In this document: positions 11,801 through 24,128 of the stretch, one piece after another
Layout of the letters: each line of letters starts with the position of its first letter
Numbering within the stretch: position 1 is the first letter of the stretch
Source of the DNA: Laetmonice hystrix
Lineage: Eukaryota
NCBI GenBank assembly: GCA_965235115.1
Contig: OZ249436.1
Location: 12,836,001-12,900,000 of the forward strand
DNA length: 64,000 nucleotides
Reading direction: 5' to 3'
Translations under genes and position numbers: made by a program
Notes under the pieces: generated by a model
Databases searched by the model: none
Seen by the model: only the letters and a program-made list of their open reading frames with translations
What the model was told of the DNA's origin: nothing

Positions 11801-14800
11801 GGGTGAGTTGATTTGTTATTTATTTATTTATTTTTTGTTAACTTCTAATACATTTTTTCATTTGTATTTTTATTTCGTTTGCTTGTTTATTTTGTATCCT
11901 ATGTTATCAGACATGACTTTTAATGACCTGCACAGAAAGATAGCATAGCGTGATTTGTTATTGTTTTGTGCGGAACAGGGACATCATCCCCCACATGTGT
12001 ACCGTGGACACGTCTTGGTCCAATTGGTCAAGAATGCTGGTCAAGGACCTGATTAAGGACCAGAAGTTTAAACAGCTAGCTGCTTCATCTGCTACTTCAT
12101 CTGCTGCTGCTGGTGCTGCTGCTGCTCCAGAGTCAGTCAGCACAACCATGCCGACCATGTCCGCTGATGAGAGGCTCCAGCTACATGACCAGATGAGGAA
12201 GGTGAGTAAGGGTATGATGTGAGATGGGTAATTACAGAAAATTTTAAGAGATAATCCAGGACAAGGGGACTCTTAGGTAGGACCATGCCACAGTAATGGT
12301 GGTACAAATGTATTTGTTTTGATGGAGTTATCCAATGGAAACAGTGTCTGGATCAACAGGGATCATTGTTTAGTCAATTTGAATTACAATTTATTACTGA
12401 TCAGTACTTAAAGCTGTAGGCCCTCCAATGTGTGTACATGATTTGCAACATGATGTTAATATTAGACTTTACTTTTGACCTACATTTCTTTATATTTTAA
12501 ACAGCATACACAACTTTTGGCACAAACTGTGGTCCTAGCGTCTGCCTCTGAGGTTTACAGAGACGTCAAAACTGAAGCAGCCAAATTGTTGGTAGGTAGA
12601 ATTACGTGAAATCGTGTTCTGCAGTATGGTTTATACATGACTAGAAAACTCTTTTGTTGATTTTTGATTCCAATAACACCAGAAAAGTCCCATAATATTT
12701 TTAATATGGTATTCTAGTATCTTGTATTAGTTGTAACATTACTGAAAGCATGTCTGTTACTTTGATTAACAGAAGGAGCTAGGCTTGCTGGGGAAGACAT
12801 TCAAAGGCAGGTCAAACCCAGTTTCTGCCTTCCATGCCCCAAACCTGGAGGGTAGCCTGAGGATTGTGGAGGAAGGCTTGCCAGCTGAGCCTATCCCAGA
12901 CCTTACCCAGACCATTCATACCAAGCTGCAGAAAAAACAATGGAAACGTCATTGTAAGTATATTATTAATCTCCTTCCAAACCACCTGACCACAAAGTGT
13001 GCTGAGTGATAGAAAATGTCACATGCTTAGGGCGGCGGTTAGGCAGAAGTCGGGACTCATTCTCTGACATTTGTATGTTTTCCAGGTCGACCCATACAGG
13101 ACTTTGCCCCGAACTGGGCCCAGATGGAACTGTTCTTCACAAATAAGGTGTTCATGTTCCCTCAGATGTTGCCAGAAGTCGCCTTCAGTGCGAAGAAAGT
13201 TAAAAAACACAGTGTCTTCTCTGAAGCAGAAGACATGTGAGTAACCATAATCTGTTCAACTTTAATAATAGACTTGAATATGTGAAAGCTGTGTTTTGTA
13301 ATGAAATGGTCTTCTGCTGTACTTCTAGTAATATATTCAAAGTTCTTTTGAGTTTAAATAAATGGCTGTGAGAGTCTGGTAGCAATGTGCTCCAGTTTGA
13401 GTAAAAGGGCGCAGTGGTGAAAGCAGGGAGGACTGTGCTTGTTGACTGTGGATATGCAAATTGACAAGTTTAGTTCGAGGAATAAAAGTCAGATTGCATT
13501 GCAGGTTACTTCTCATGGGTGTGGCCCAGTTTGGTACTAGAGGTTGTGAACTCATCTGTGCCCATATGCTGCCAGCCAAGACACCCAAACAAGTGGCGGG
13601 GCGCTTGAAACATTTGAGGGCCAAGAAAACAATTGATAATCCTGTCAAGGTAATACTCAGTGGTTTCACCCCTGATTTGATGAGTAGAAAATGCTACCCC
13701 CCACCCCGCCCCGAGAACTCTGAACATAAAATTGTTATTTTATTTTTAAGATCATAGTTATGCAGAAATATAATGTCAATGAATAGAGAAATTAGTAGGT
13801 ATTTTGATATTAATATTTTCACATCTCATTGGGTCTTTTACAGTGCAGCTTTATTATGTTCCTTGCAGGCATATCTGGAAGACAAGACCATGCCAGACTT
13901 CCCACGATACCTGTCCCTGGAGCCTGTGGAGGACATCTGCCCAGCAGAGGACAGAGATTCAGCTCTTCTGCCACAGTGGTCAATGGTAATATCTTTCTGT
14001 CTTCCACTCAAACCTCTTATCAGGACAAGTTATGAATATAATTTTAAAAATTAAAGAGAAAGTTTTCTTGTTACTGAGAACTAGACCCATATGATTTCAT
14101 GCTGTATAGAGACTAGATTTCACAATAGAATCCATACTGTAACTGGCTTATTTTTTTTCATGTTTTTACAGGTATTTTCATGTTTTTTAACAGATTGTAT
14201 GTTTTATCCCTGTATAAGAAAAAGCATTGTGCTGTGCATTATATTTCTATGTATTTTCATTTTTATAGGTATTTGAAGAAGTAAGGGACAGAATGAAGGT
14301 AATTTGCATAATTATAATATTAATTAAAGCCATAATAATTGCATGCAGAAGGTATTTTTTGCTGTGCATGGGCCCTGGCTGTTTTATGCTTTTGGCGTGG
14401 CTGTCATTTGATAAGCCTGTTTAACCATGTAAATGATTATACTCAGTGATTTTGATACTAATTGTTATCCTTAACCATTGTTCTATATTATCTTACAGTT
14501 TCACAACAATATAATTGTTAAGTATGAATGCACATAAGTATACCAAAAGTGTTTAACACAACATGGTGGTCTGCTATTGATGGTTCTATTTTTTCAGAAT
14601 GGTACACTTCATCTTATCGATGATAATCCAGAAACTGCAGACCAAAAAGAAAACGAAAAGAAAAAGAAAGGGATGACGGGTCAAGCCCGCAAGACTTCAA
14701 AACGGTAAATATGACATGTATCACATTAAATTTATTATGCCCCATGCAAGTTAATTAGAAATCAGAAGTATTGAATTTACTTACCATCAGCAGTTCTGTC

Positions 14801-17800
14801 TGTGTCTGGATTCTCTATACAGAGTAGGGCTGGCTCACAATGGTCTGTAACAAAAAAATGACCAAGTAGACCAGAGAACCCACCCTTAAAGCTTTATATG
14901 ATATGGAATCAAATCCCTTTAATCAGTTTGACTGTTTGATCCTGTGTATTTCACAGAAGTTATGTTCAATAGATGTGAACTTAAGAATTGCTTAATTTTA
15001 TCCACAGTAACCCTAAGCAAAACAGTGGAAATGCCGAGGAAACTGTTTGCCATGCTCTGCCAGATCAACCTGCACCCACCGGTGCATCAGGCTTTACCCA
15101 GCTAATCATGAAAAGTGGGACCGACCCAATTCCAACATCCCTCCAAACAACGTGTATAGCCCCAACCACGTCAGAAGGGGGTTTGGTGTCCAGATCGGCC
15201 GTAGTCATGTCACCAGCATCTATCCTGTCCATCTCGGCCAAGCCATTGGAAGGAATTGTTCCCTTAACTTCCGTAATTCAGAAGTCAGGTGGGGGTAGTG
15301 TAGAAAGTGTTGAAGTGACATCATGCACAGTCTCTGAGATGGCAGCCTGCAGAAAATCAGTGATCTCGGTGTCTGAGGTGACAGCATCTACAGGTGTAGT
15401 GTTGTCCATTCCTGAGGTGACACCATCTGTAAGGTCAATGATGTCACTCAGTGAGGTAACGGCATGCACAGGATCAGTGACGTCAGTGCCTGAGCTGATG
15501 AAGGGCACAGAGATGACATCATGCACGCGGTCAGTAACATCAGGATCAGAGAAGACACCATGCACGGGGTCAGTAACATCAGGATCAGAGATGATACCAT
15601 GCACGGGGTCGGTAACATCAGTGCCAGAGAAGACACCATGCACGGGGTCGGTAACATCAGGGTCAGAGAAGACACCATGCACGGGGTCGGTAACATCAGG
15701 GTCAGAGAAGACACCATGCACGGGGTCGGTAACATCAGGGTCAGAGAAGACACCATGCACGGGGTCGGTAACATCAGGGTCAGAGAAGACACCATGCACA
15801 GGGTCGGTAACATCAGTGCCAGAGAAGACACCATGTACAGGGTCAAAAACCTCAGTGCCAGAGATACCACCATGTACAGGGTCGATAACATCAACACCAT
15901 GTACAGGGTCGGTAACATCAGTGCCAGAGATAACACCATGTACAGGGTCGATAACATCAACACCATGTACAGGGTCGGTAACATCAGTGCCAGAGATAAC
16001 ACCATGTACAGGGTCGATAACATCAACACCATGTACAGGGTCGGTAACATCAGTGCCAGAGATAACACCATGTACACGGTTGGTAACATCCGTGTCAGAG
16101 ATGACACCGTGCACAGGGTCGGTAACATCAGTGCCAGAGATAACACCATGCACAGGATCAGTGTCAGAGGTGACACCGTGCACAGGGTCGGCGTCAGAGG
16201 TGACACCGTGCACAGGGTCAGTGACTTCAGTAGTGACACCATCCATAGGATCGGTGATATCAGTTTCCGACACGACACCGTGCACACAACCGGTGATGCG
16301 TGTCCCTGAGCTGACTGTATGTGATACATCGGTAACATCTGTGTCTGATGTAGACATGACCAGCCCAGTTTCAGAATTCAACAGTAGCAAGGATATCTCA
16401 GTTGACTCCAGCACGATGGTTGACAGTTGGCAGCTACACTTACAGGCAGACCAAAGGTTCACTGACAGTCCCCAGAAGCAAGCAGACTCTCAAAATGGTT
16501 GCGATTACATAATGAACACCCCAAAGAAATACATCCCCATTGAAGACAATTCCCGGTCTCCCACATTATACAGTGACCGCAGCTTTAGCAACAGCCCAGG
16601 CTTCTCTGACTACACCCCCACAAAGTGTGCAGACACGCCCACCAAGTCAGCTGTCAAGATAATGGCAGCTGTTGCTCAGTACATAACAACCACGCCTCCC
16701 AAGAGCATGCCCCTCCCTCCATTCAAAACACCGTCCCCAGTCCGTATGTCCCCTCTGGCAGCAACTACAAAAGATCAGACACTGGCCACCACTCCAGTCA
16801 AATACAGGGCTATTGCTCCCAAACCAGGGCAGGTCACCCCTACCAAACCCATGACTCCCCTGAAGAAGCCCAAGAGTCCCCGCCGTAGAATTCTCCAGCA
16901 GAAAGCCAAGGCCATCCTCCCTAAAGGCTTTGTAGTGAACACATACAGTCAGTCTCCTACCAAGAAAGCTGCAGCCAGTTTGACCCGGAGAGCCAGGTGG
17001 AGAGGTACCAAAGGAAAGCAACCCCGAAAGATTTTACCCAAACCCGAGCCTGGCAGAGATCATTCGGCTGAGACTCGGGTAGAAGATGAAACAGATGATC
17101 TTGATGATGTAGATGTCATGGAAACAGATTTTGCAAGTGAATATGACACACTAGATTCTGAATATGTATCTGATGAAAACCAATCTGCAGAGGAAAAGGA
17201 AAATGATGCCAAGGCAGTCCCAGTAAAGAATAAGTTGAAGTCGCCAGAGAAGAAAAAGCGGCAGAGAAGGTGGAAAAAGAAGGCCAAGCCTGAAAGGGAT
17301 TATGACAGCGGAAGTGACAACGAGGACAGGATGGGATTCATGTTCAGATTTGGCGGCAATGACAGCCAGACTGAAGAAGACGCTGATGATAGTCACCTGG
17401 CTGAACTAATGGCTGCTAGCAGTACAATCAGGTACCTGTCCTATATCTTAATCATTGTGAACTAGAAAAGTACTTTTCACATTGAAATACAATGTAGTAT
17501 TCATCATTAGTTGATGAAAACAGGAAAGTTGCCAGCACTGTAAAATTTGGTGTGAAACAAGGAAAGAAAATAATTAAAATTGTGCTTTGGATGTTTCATT
17601 CTGAAATGAATTTTTTTGTGGTGGAATAATTTGGATAATGCCCTGTTTATTTAGATTTGATCCTAAGCATTCAGCACTGGCCAGTGATCGCAAGAAAAAC
17701 AAGAGCAAGGCAAAGTTGAAGCGAGAGATGAGCCTTCATATGTTATCAGAAGACCTTGTCCAAATGGATGTTCTTGTAAGTAGGCCCCGGCTTCATTCTA

Positions 17801-20800
17801 TTTTTATGAAGAATGATGTCTTTGCAGTCTATTCTAGCAGCAGAATTGTTTGCAGAATCATCAGGCAGATGGGCAGAAAACGGGGTGGAAGCTGATGTTC
17901 CTGTAGTTTTAGATATCTCTCTCTGAGTAGACGCCCATTTATCTTTGTATTAATTGACAGTCTTCTACATTCCACCATTGAATGTAACAAACTGAACCAC
18001 CTTCCTTTCTCTTTGTGCCTATTTGTAGCGTGATGAGCGTGATACAGCATTTGCCCAAGCCTACCTTTGCAATGTGAAGGAGGTTCTCAGAAACGATCTT
18101 GAGGTGTACAAGAAGTTCCTACATCTAATGTTTGAATTTGGTCAAAGTGATAAAACGCCTGTGGAGGTAAGAAAGTGTTCTTTGACTTTCAAGGTTGTTT
18201 CAAACACCTTTAGTTTGTTTCAGTATGAAAATGAATGACCCCTTCAATCGTAAAGACCTGAATAATAAAGCATAACAAATGAAATGTATTAATGATTCTA
18301 TTGTCTTATTAGAAAAGGTTGTAATATACATGCTCTAATTTTCTTGTGTGTAGTTGTACCAGGAAGTTCATGAACTCCTGGCCAACTTCCCTGAGCTTCT
18401 GCAGGACTTCGCTGGCTTTCTCCTCCCAGATCAGGCACAAGAGTGTGGTTGTCTGATGACCTACATAGAGTATTTAAAGGCACGGACATACCTACGGAAA
18501 CTTGAGGTGAATAAAATTTACTTTGACCTTTCCTGCAGCACCCTTTAATCAATGAAAATTGACTTCGTAGATATAAAAGAGGTAATTTTCCCTAAAATAT
18601 GTAGTTGGAGTAATTCATATCACCTCTAATGATTTAAAGTTTGTAGGTCTAAGTTTTCCATTCATGCCCTGTTAAGTGTACTTCTGTCCCTTTGCAGGTT
18701 TTCTTCAGCAAACATCCATCTCACTTGCAGAAAATCCTGAAGGTGTTTGCCTCCTGGCAGAGTAGAGGGTGTTCTGACATCAATACCTTACAGGAAGAAA
18801 TTGTACCCCTCCTCCGTGGCCAGCAACACCTACTGGAAAAGTTCAACCAGTTCTTCACCAACCAAAGGCCGCCAGAAGGGTGAGTGACCTGTGAGGTTTG
18901 AGAGCATGGTGAGGTCATATTGTGAAGGTCATACTGAAGTGCTATGTTGATAACAGATTATGAATTGATTATATTACTCTTACCTCCCCAGCCATGCTGA
19001 AGACTATGAGGATGTGACATTAGATGAGGACGATGACCCGGTGACTGTAGATGATGTTGAGCAGGTTAGTCTACCTGACACTGAAGAGGATGATCTGTAC
19101 GGCACATCCCGATGCAGATGTCACTGCCATGCTGTCGTAGACAAAGTATATGCCAGACGGCGAAAACATTGTCGTAGCTGTAGCCTAAAGGTAAGAAAGT
19201 CAGTTTTCTGAATTCCATGCTACTAAAATCAAGTGATTACTGTGATAAGAATCTCTTTCAAAATTTAAAAAAAGAGAATGTTAACAGCATTTCATCATGC
19301 CTCTCTTCCCTTTTTTATTCTTTTTGTGTATAACAGGTCATACGTGGGAAGCTGTACACACAAACAATGGAAAAAACACTGCGACCTGTTCGAGTCCGTT
19401 TCCAAGGCACCCCTCCTGCTATCTTCAGGAGGCAGAAATCAAAGCTCGAAGCAGCAGATACACAGATCAAGGCTGAGGGCAGTAACTTGGGTGAAGGTGA
19501 TTCCATGGGAGAGGGCCACGCTTATCAGTCAGTCTTCAAATCCAAGCACAGGAGATTTGGCAAGGATAGACGGAAACACTTGAAGGTAAGTGCTGTTAGG
19601 TACATGTGTAAATATATACGGTAATGTATGTACCAAGTGAAATCGTAAAACTATTTGCTGCATAACTAAGGGCAAGATTTCGAGGTCAGGAATAGGTGCC
19701 ATAGTGTTCTTCAAGAGACCTGTTGTAGCATTATGAACTAAATTTGGAACACTTCTGGTATCACCCTTCCATATATCAAAAACTTGGTATGAAAAACTTG
19801 GAAAATATCCAGTTTCATTATTTGATGTAAATACTTTTGCTGCTTCAGGTAAAGATCCATCATCCAGTACGATTAACAAGTGATCAAAAGAAGGTCCTCA
19901 CTCTGGAAGAGGTTACACAGACTTCTGAAAATGTTCCGGCAAATGAGAGCAACTTACCAGGACCTGTCAGCAAGGTAATGGAGCCCAAAAGTGTAACAGA
20001 GCCTGGGGAGGAAACAGGTCCTGAAGTAAAAACAGAGCCTGACATAGTAACAAAACTAAAAACGTTAACAGGGCATGACAAGATAACCGAACCAACAAGG
20101 ATAATAGAATCAATCAAGGCAGCCGAGCCTGCCCAGTTAGCAGAACCCACCATGGAAACAGAACTCGCCATGATAGCAGAGGCTATAGATATAGAGGAAC
20201 CCCCTAATGTAGTTGAGCTCACAAAGGTTTCAGAGGCCGACAAAGGAACAGACAAGGACTCTACCAAGGTAACCGACCCAACCAAAGTAACCGACCCAAC
20301 CAAGGTAACCGACCCAACCAAGGTAAAGGACTCAACCAAGGTAACGGGCCCAACCAAGGTAACCGACCCAACCAAGGTAACCGACCCAACCAAGGTAACC
20401 GACCCAACCAAGGTAACGGACCCAACCAAGGTAACGGACCCAACCAAGGTAACGGACCCAACCAAGGTAACTGACTCAACCAATGTAACCGACCCAACCA
20501 AGGTAATGGACCCAACCAAGGTAACGGACGCAACCAAGGTAACCGACCCAACTAAGGTAACAAGCCCAACTAAGGTAACCGACGCAACCAAGGTAACAGA
20601 CCCAACCAAGGTAACAGGCCCAACTAAGATAACCGACGCAACCAAGGTAACAGACCCAACCAAGGTAACAGGCCCAACTAAGGTAATCGACGCAACCAAG
20701 GTAACGGGCCCAACCAAGGTAACCGACGCAACCAAGGTAACCGACCCAACCAAGGTAACGGGCCCAACCAAGGTAACGGGCCCAACCAAGGTAACCGATG

Positions 20801-22669
20801 CAACCAAGGTAACCGACCCAACCAAGGTAACCGACCCAACCAAGGTAACGGACCCAACCGAGGTAACGGACCCAACCAAGGTAACGGACCCAACCGAGGC
20901 AACCGACGCAACCAAGGTAACCGACCCAACCAAGGTAACGGACGCAACCAAGGTAACCGACCCAACCAAGGTAACCGACCCCACACACTCCACCAATGAT
21001 ATGGAGAAGAACCTACTTGGTGTAGCCCTTCCCACAGCCTTTGTGATAAAGGAGGAGTCGGTAACAGGATTTGACCAGTCCCAGGACACTAGTGTTTGCA
21101 GGGAAATGCTGAAGCCAACAGATTTCAGCGGTCTTGTACCTCGTAGAGATGTGAAAAGTTGCCACAACACACCCATGATACGTGGTCAGGATGGCAGTAC
21201 TGAAAGTAATAGGAGTGTAACAGTGCAGGTTTCCTCTGTGCAGAGTGTGTCGGCTGGGGCTGGGCCAGTCAGCTGTAGACCAGCCATGCGAGTAGCATCA
21301 AAAGATATCCGTATGTCACAGATACACTCAGATTCCAATGAATCCACGTCACAAGGCTCTGAGTCGAACTCTTTAGGTTCCAGCTGGAACGATGCTCCAA
21401 ACACTCAGTTACCAGATCATACTGACTTGGAAGGCACCAACTCGGATAGCCAGACCAAGGTCACACTACAGAGCCTGTCGGAGGAGTCTGCCAGCCTAGA
21501 GCCCACAGACCTTAACAGCAGGATAGAGGACGAGGAGGAAGTCAAAAAGGATCGAATAATCCTCCGGATTAGCCTGGCAGAGAATGTCTCACAAAGTTTG
21601 AATGATGAGGACAGTTCTCAGTCCAGACCACCCAGTGAGGAAAGTGTTGGAAACAGTGCAGGATCAGATAGTAGGCCAGTGGTTACAGGCTGTGACATTG
21701 TCGTCCCTGGCAGGGACCATCTTGATGGTGACAGGAACCATCATGTTGCCGTCAGTGATCATACTGTTAGTAACTCTGACCCAGACGTCAGCAGTTGTAG
21801 TCTTGTTGCTGAAAGTGTTGTGGACAGTGACCCAGTGACTCATGTGCCAGGAAGTGATGGTGTTAGTCAGGTCCAGACATCTGTGCCTCCTGTCCATGAC
21901 GAGACAACACAAGGCCCATTTCTTGAAGACAGCCAAGTTTCAGATGAAATCTCCTGGACAATGTAAGTCCTAAAGTTTAGTCATTTTGTAACTCTAGTTT
22001 ATTTAGTCTTGAAAGACTTGGCCTAACCTGTACCCCAGTGAAACCTTTTTAAACCAGTTGATAAAACTATTTCTGTATCTGTAGCGTTTTCTTCATAGCA
22101 ACAAATGCTCAAAGAATGGTCTATAAACAGTGAATGATAAAATTAAAACTACACATAGACAATTCATATATCTTCCCTGCTATGCATCATGGAAGTCGCT
22201 GTGACGAGGTGCTGGTATGTTTCTTTCCAGGAGTGAGGACAAGGAGATACTTCTCACCTGTAACCAGTTGGGGGTTACACAGGATGCGTTCAAGACGATT
22301 GCTTCCAACCTCTCGGGTGGTCAAACCCCTGCCCAGGTACACATAATACACTTTGGAATTTCTTGACAGAATAATAATTTTTCCAGCAGCAGTGGGAGTA
22401 TTCCTCACACGGCAGTATTCATTCTGCTCATCGGTATAAGCAGTAACATCTCTAGATCGCAGGCCATACTTTCTTCCAGCTTAAAGAGTAAAACCAGATT
22501 TAGCGTATGTGTTTCTACCAAACTGATTGGCTTGTGTTTGCTTTGACAGGTCGAGCAACGCTTTCTCCAGTTGTTTGACCTCATGAAGTCGGAGAGCAAC
22601 ATGAGTAGTGATGAGGAGGAAGAGGATGATGAAGAGGGGGATGAGGAAGAAGAGGATAAACCAGAGTAA
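2835..22669 (+). CDS. GON4L: GON-4-like protein (GON4L/YARP/Mute family transcriptional corepressor; YY1AP-like region, two PAH domains, C-terminal SANT/Myb-like domain), about 3,592 aa
   Basis: Exons: 2835-2868, 3316-3509, 3866-6264, 6509-6794, 6989-7129, 7686-7814, 8126-8308, 9095-9181, 10762-10933, 11077-11199, 11619-11802, 11979-12201, 12505-12591, 12773-12953, 13086-13236, 13505-13649, 13869-13985, 14269-14298, 14598-14704, 15008-17431, 17655-17775, 18029-18166, 18354-18506, 18698-18879, 18992-19190, 19337-19585, 19849-21962, 22231-22336, 22550-22669; all GT-AG and phase-consistent (10,779 nt). Family motifs: [167 protein letters not shown]. The start (2835 vs 3339) and the small exons 9095-9181 and 14269-14298 are less certain. 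Confidence 0.9.
9467..9718. mobile_element. MITE with TTAA target-site duplication (Kolobok-like) in a GON4L intron
   Basis: TTAA|AGCTGCAGATGAAGTTCCT ... AGGAACTTCCTCTGCAGCT|TTAA; about 19-bp TIR with one mismatch, 252 bp. Confidence 0.7.
9973..10413. mobile_element. hAT-like MITE with a 5-bp TSD
   Basis: TIR CAGGGTTTCCCC ... GGGGAAACCCTG, flanked on both sides by ATGCC; internal poly-G/poly-C runs. Confidence 0.7.
11257..11410. mobile_element. PIF/Harbinger-type palindromic MITE
   Basis: GGGCCGGTTTTACTAAAGG ... CCTTTAGTAAAACCGGCCC, near-perfect ~73-bp arms with a short loop; CTG TSD (CWG type). Confidence 0.8.
15315..16350 (+). repeat. Coding minisatellite in GON4L: 39-nt/13-aa unit TPCTGSVTS(G/V)(S/P)E(K/I/M), with 27-nt and 30-nt variants
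   Basis: About 25-28 units, homogeneous in the centre (ACACCATGCACGGGGTCGGTAACATCAGGGTCAGAGAAG) and degenerate at the edges; all unit lengths are multiples of 3. Confidence 0.92.
20262..20985 (+). repeat. Coding minisatellite in GON4L: 18-nt/6-aa unit (D/G)(P/A)TKVT, about 40 copies
   Basis: CCAACCAAGGTAACCGAC-type units in tandem, in frame within exon 19849-21962. Confidence 0.95.
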
Positions 22670-24122
22670 AGGGCGCTCACTTTGATGGCTGACCCTGTGG
22701 ACTTGGTGTGTCCGAATATGTGCCATGTTTGGTTGAACTCTGACACACCAACCACAGGCACCAGCCCCAGCCCCATGTCATGATGGAGTGGCACTAAGTC
22801 AGGTTGGGGGTTACTGAAACCTACTCAGATCTTCCAAGGGAGAAACTACTGGTATATATAGTGGTTCCTAGTCGTAAATTTGTACTTCTAGAAAGGATGA
22901 TAAAAATCTCACCTTTGGTTTGTCACAATCATGACAGTCAACCCAAGGGACACAATTATAAGAGGATATAGTCCTAGTGTGTGCTATCCATGATAATGAC
23001 GTTACATGATTGACCCCTCCGTCATCACTGGACTACAACACATTCTTCCTGACAGTGTCATCTGTGAGCCCCAACTATGACACTTCCCTGGTAGGTGGCT
23101 GGAACCATGTTCTAACGGACAACAGCTCATGCCTGAGGATTCTTTAGGCAACATGTCAAATCGGACATATAGATGCTATCTTCGATAACATTCCCTAACA
23201 CCTTTTTGATTCTGTGATAAAATATCAGTATTCTGAACAATTGGCATGCAATCGGGGTATGTGCCACCCACATTGCCAAAGAGAAGTACATGCTTGAAAT
23301 ACCGTAAAATTATCTAATTGCTGTTCATGGTTCTATAGTCATTCGGACCCTAGGTATATTTTTCCTGCTGCTGAGACCTTGACTTTGGGCAGATGATGGC
23401 GTTCAGACAAGGTTTGGTAACGGCTGAGTTACTTGCCACTTGAATCTGAATACGCGTCTGATTAATGTTATATTTTACCATTCACGTGGTCATGGAGCCC
23501 ACCCAGTCGTGTGGTCCAGTGTGCTCAACCATGGTACTCATTGATCATAATACCTATTCAGGTCCGAGACTGAAATTAGCATGCTATAAGTGGCCGGATT
23601 GTAAAATTAGCTGTGAAGTTAATAGTGAGAAAAGTTATACACTATATACAGTCTGAAATCTTAGTGCATGTCCGTTAGCTCTAAATTTTTATGGGGAAAG
23701 GTGACACACTATATTTGATTATGTTTTTTCATTAGTACTGAAAGGGCATGTGCAGTATTGCTGTACCAAGACGTGTTCAAGAGTTATTTATTTCTGTACA
23801 AAGTGAAGGTATGAACTAGAAAAACGAGTTGATTGTTATGTTTAACTTGAGTGCTGTACCCAGTTGTGTTCATAGCTTATTTATTTCTGGAAACGTATCG
23901 ACGTCATTGTTGTAAATACTGGACAGAGATTATCAGTATAACACGCATAAATGATGAAAAAACGGTCCCAGCCGTTTTGTTTTTTAGAGGAAAGATATGA
24001 AGAAAAGTCATATTAATGTGAATTAATTTTCTTCGTTTCTTTGGTTGATGTGCTCATGGTTTCAACATCAACTGTGGGTTGTATATAATGTATATTTGCA
24101 CATTTGTAGATTCTCTTGTCAA

Positions 24123-24128
24123 AATAAA
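24123..24128 (+). terminator. Probable GON4L polyadenylation signal
   Basis: AATAAA about 1.45 kb after the stop, followed by T/GT-rich sequence. Confidence 0.45.

Noticed and set aside
15278..16462. 394-aa antisense ORF and other alternative-frame ORFs over the 39-nt array
   Set aside because: Stop-free frames are a by-product of the tandem repeat; only the + frame joins the GON4L splice chain.
19884..21176. 430-aa antisense ORF (VGSVTL)n and the LPWLG/YLGWV repeat ORFs
   Set aside because: Shadows of the 18-nt coding repeat.
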